Source of the DNA: Mobula birostris
Lineage: Eukaryota
DNA length: 64,000 nucleotides
Direction of reading: 5' to 3'
Assembly: GCF_030028105.1 (NCBI RefSeq)
Contig: NC_092380.1
Span: forward strand, 63,051,717 to 63,115,716
Shown one piece after another: positions 62,825 through 64,000 of this stretch. The notes under the pieces were generated by a model. The model was not told where the DNA came from, made no database searches, and saw nothing but the letters and a program-made list of their open reading frames with translations. Each line of letters begins with the position of its first letter. Within the stretch, counting starts at the first letter, position 1. A program made the translations under genes and the position numbers.

Positions 62825-63600
62825 AGTTCAAAGTATATTTATTATCAAAGTATGAATACTACATAGAACCTTGAGATTTGTCCTCCTACAGGCAGCCACA
62901 AAACAAGGAAGCTAAGTCGAACCCATTTTTAAAAACAAGACCGTCAAATACCCAATGTGCAGGAAAAAACCTAAGTTGTGCAAATAACATTCAGAATTGA
63001 AGTTCATGAAAGTGAGTTCACAGCCAGTCCAGGAGCCCGTTGCTTGCAGGCCAGAGCCTCAGTTCAGTGCAGAGTGGAGTAATCCTTGTGAGCAGAGAGC
63101 GGAACACTGGCCTGTTCCTTTCCCTGACACCCTGACATTTTCAATCTGATCTGGCACTTAAATTGGCCAAACAGTGAGTTGTTCCTCACTCTTGGGCCCA
63201 GAACCCATCAGCTCGATTTGACCTGCACAGGACCTTCCCAATCTGGCCCAATGCTTAAATCAGTAAAACGCTGGCTTGTTCTTCGCTCTCAGGCCTGGGC
63301 CCTGCCACATCAACTCTTGCTTGCCTCGGTTCTGTCGTTCCGAATTGGCTCCAATGTGCAAACATTAGCCTGGGACCTGTTCCTCGATTCGGCCTATACA
63401 CGCCACACCACGACCATCCTGCACATTCGAGACTTCAGTTCATACTGCTATAATGCCAGGTCAATCAGGTGGTTCAAAAGCTCAACTCTGAAAGTTGCAG
63501 GCTATTGATTGCAGAGATAATTTTCCAGAAAAAGTGTGATTAATAAAGTAATTAGTAATTTCAGCAAGTCGTTGCTGTACTTCACCAGTGTCGTCTTACA
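62825..63600 (-). mobile_element. Non-autonomous retroposon-like repeat
   Basis: 3' tail (AATAAATATACTTTGAACTTTG) and architecture shared with 38405-39250. Confidence 0.55.
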
Positions 63601-64000
63601 CCTTCATCCTCTGACTGAAAATAAATGTCCTTATCTCCTTATTAACACTTTGCTGAAATCTCTGCCAATCTGTCAATCATAATTTCTCTCCTCTGGTGTT
63701 TGCCTGTATCTTGTCTTATTGCTTGTATTGCTGGTCTCACTACAATTTCCACCTTGCATCTTCTCATATTCTTTAGAAATTCTATTTTGCATGCTTGACC
63801 TAACTAATTGCCCCCTCACATGGTCTGCATCCCACCCCTCCCAAATACCCCCAAGCTAATTCTCCAAACCCATCAATTCTTAGCATAAGCAATGTTTTGG
63901 CTTAATGGTCAACACTGTTCTGATTCTTATCCCTCTTGATCTTCCACCAACATTTCCTTTCGTGTTTCCATCACTAATCGTCCTTTTAGCATTAACCTTG

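Overview
Repeat-dense vertebrate genomic DNA, most likely from a cartilaginous fish (ray or shark; inferred from its CR1/HER1-type LINEs, V-SINEs, Rex1 LINEs, Tc1 transposons and abundant Penelope-like elements). Three host genes can be read exon by exon. TMEM80 (+) has three firm exons at 30957-37131 and a probable first exon at 27929 beside an RFX X-box. SDHAF2 (-) is complete, with 4 exons at 40790-49045 encoding 158 aa. CPSF7 (+) shows only its first coding exon (49281-49334), head-to-head with SDHAF2. Almost all ORFs in the supplied track are transposon remnants or chance ORFs. Most notable hidden structure: (1) Penelope-like insertions carrying minimal type I hammerhead ribozymes, including a young ~820-bp fold-back insertion with a 13-bp TSD that puts an intact-core hammerhead in the sense strand of the CPSF7 intron; (2) a perfect 5' fragment of U6 snRNA, retroposed with a 10-bp TSD into the branch-point zone of SDHAF2 intron 2; (3) TMEM80, not TMEM216, next to SDHAF2/CPSF7; (4) traces of a possibly decayed minus-strand gene diverging from the TMEM80 promoter; (5) two solo LTRs, an L1/CR1 chimera, a four-level nested transposon stack and a 65-bp duplication with a templated junction. 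All calls were made by eye, homolog comparisons are from memory, and repeat boundaries are approximate unless a TSD or TIR is quoted.
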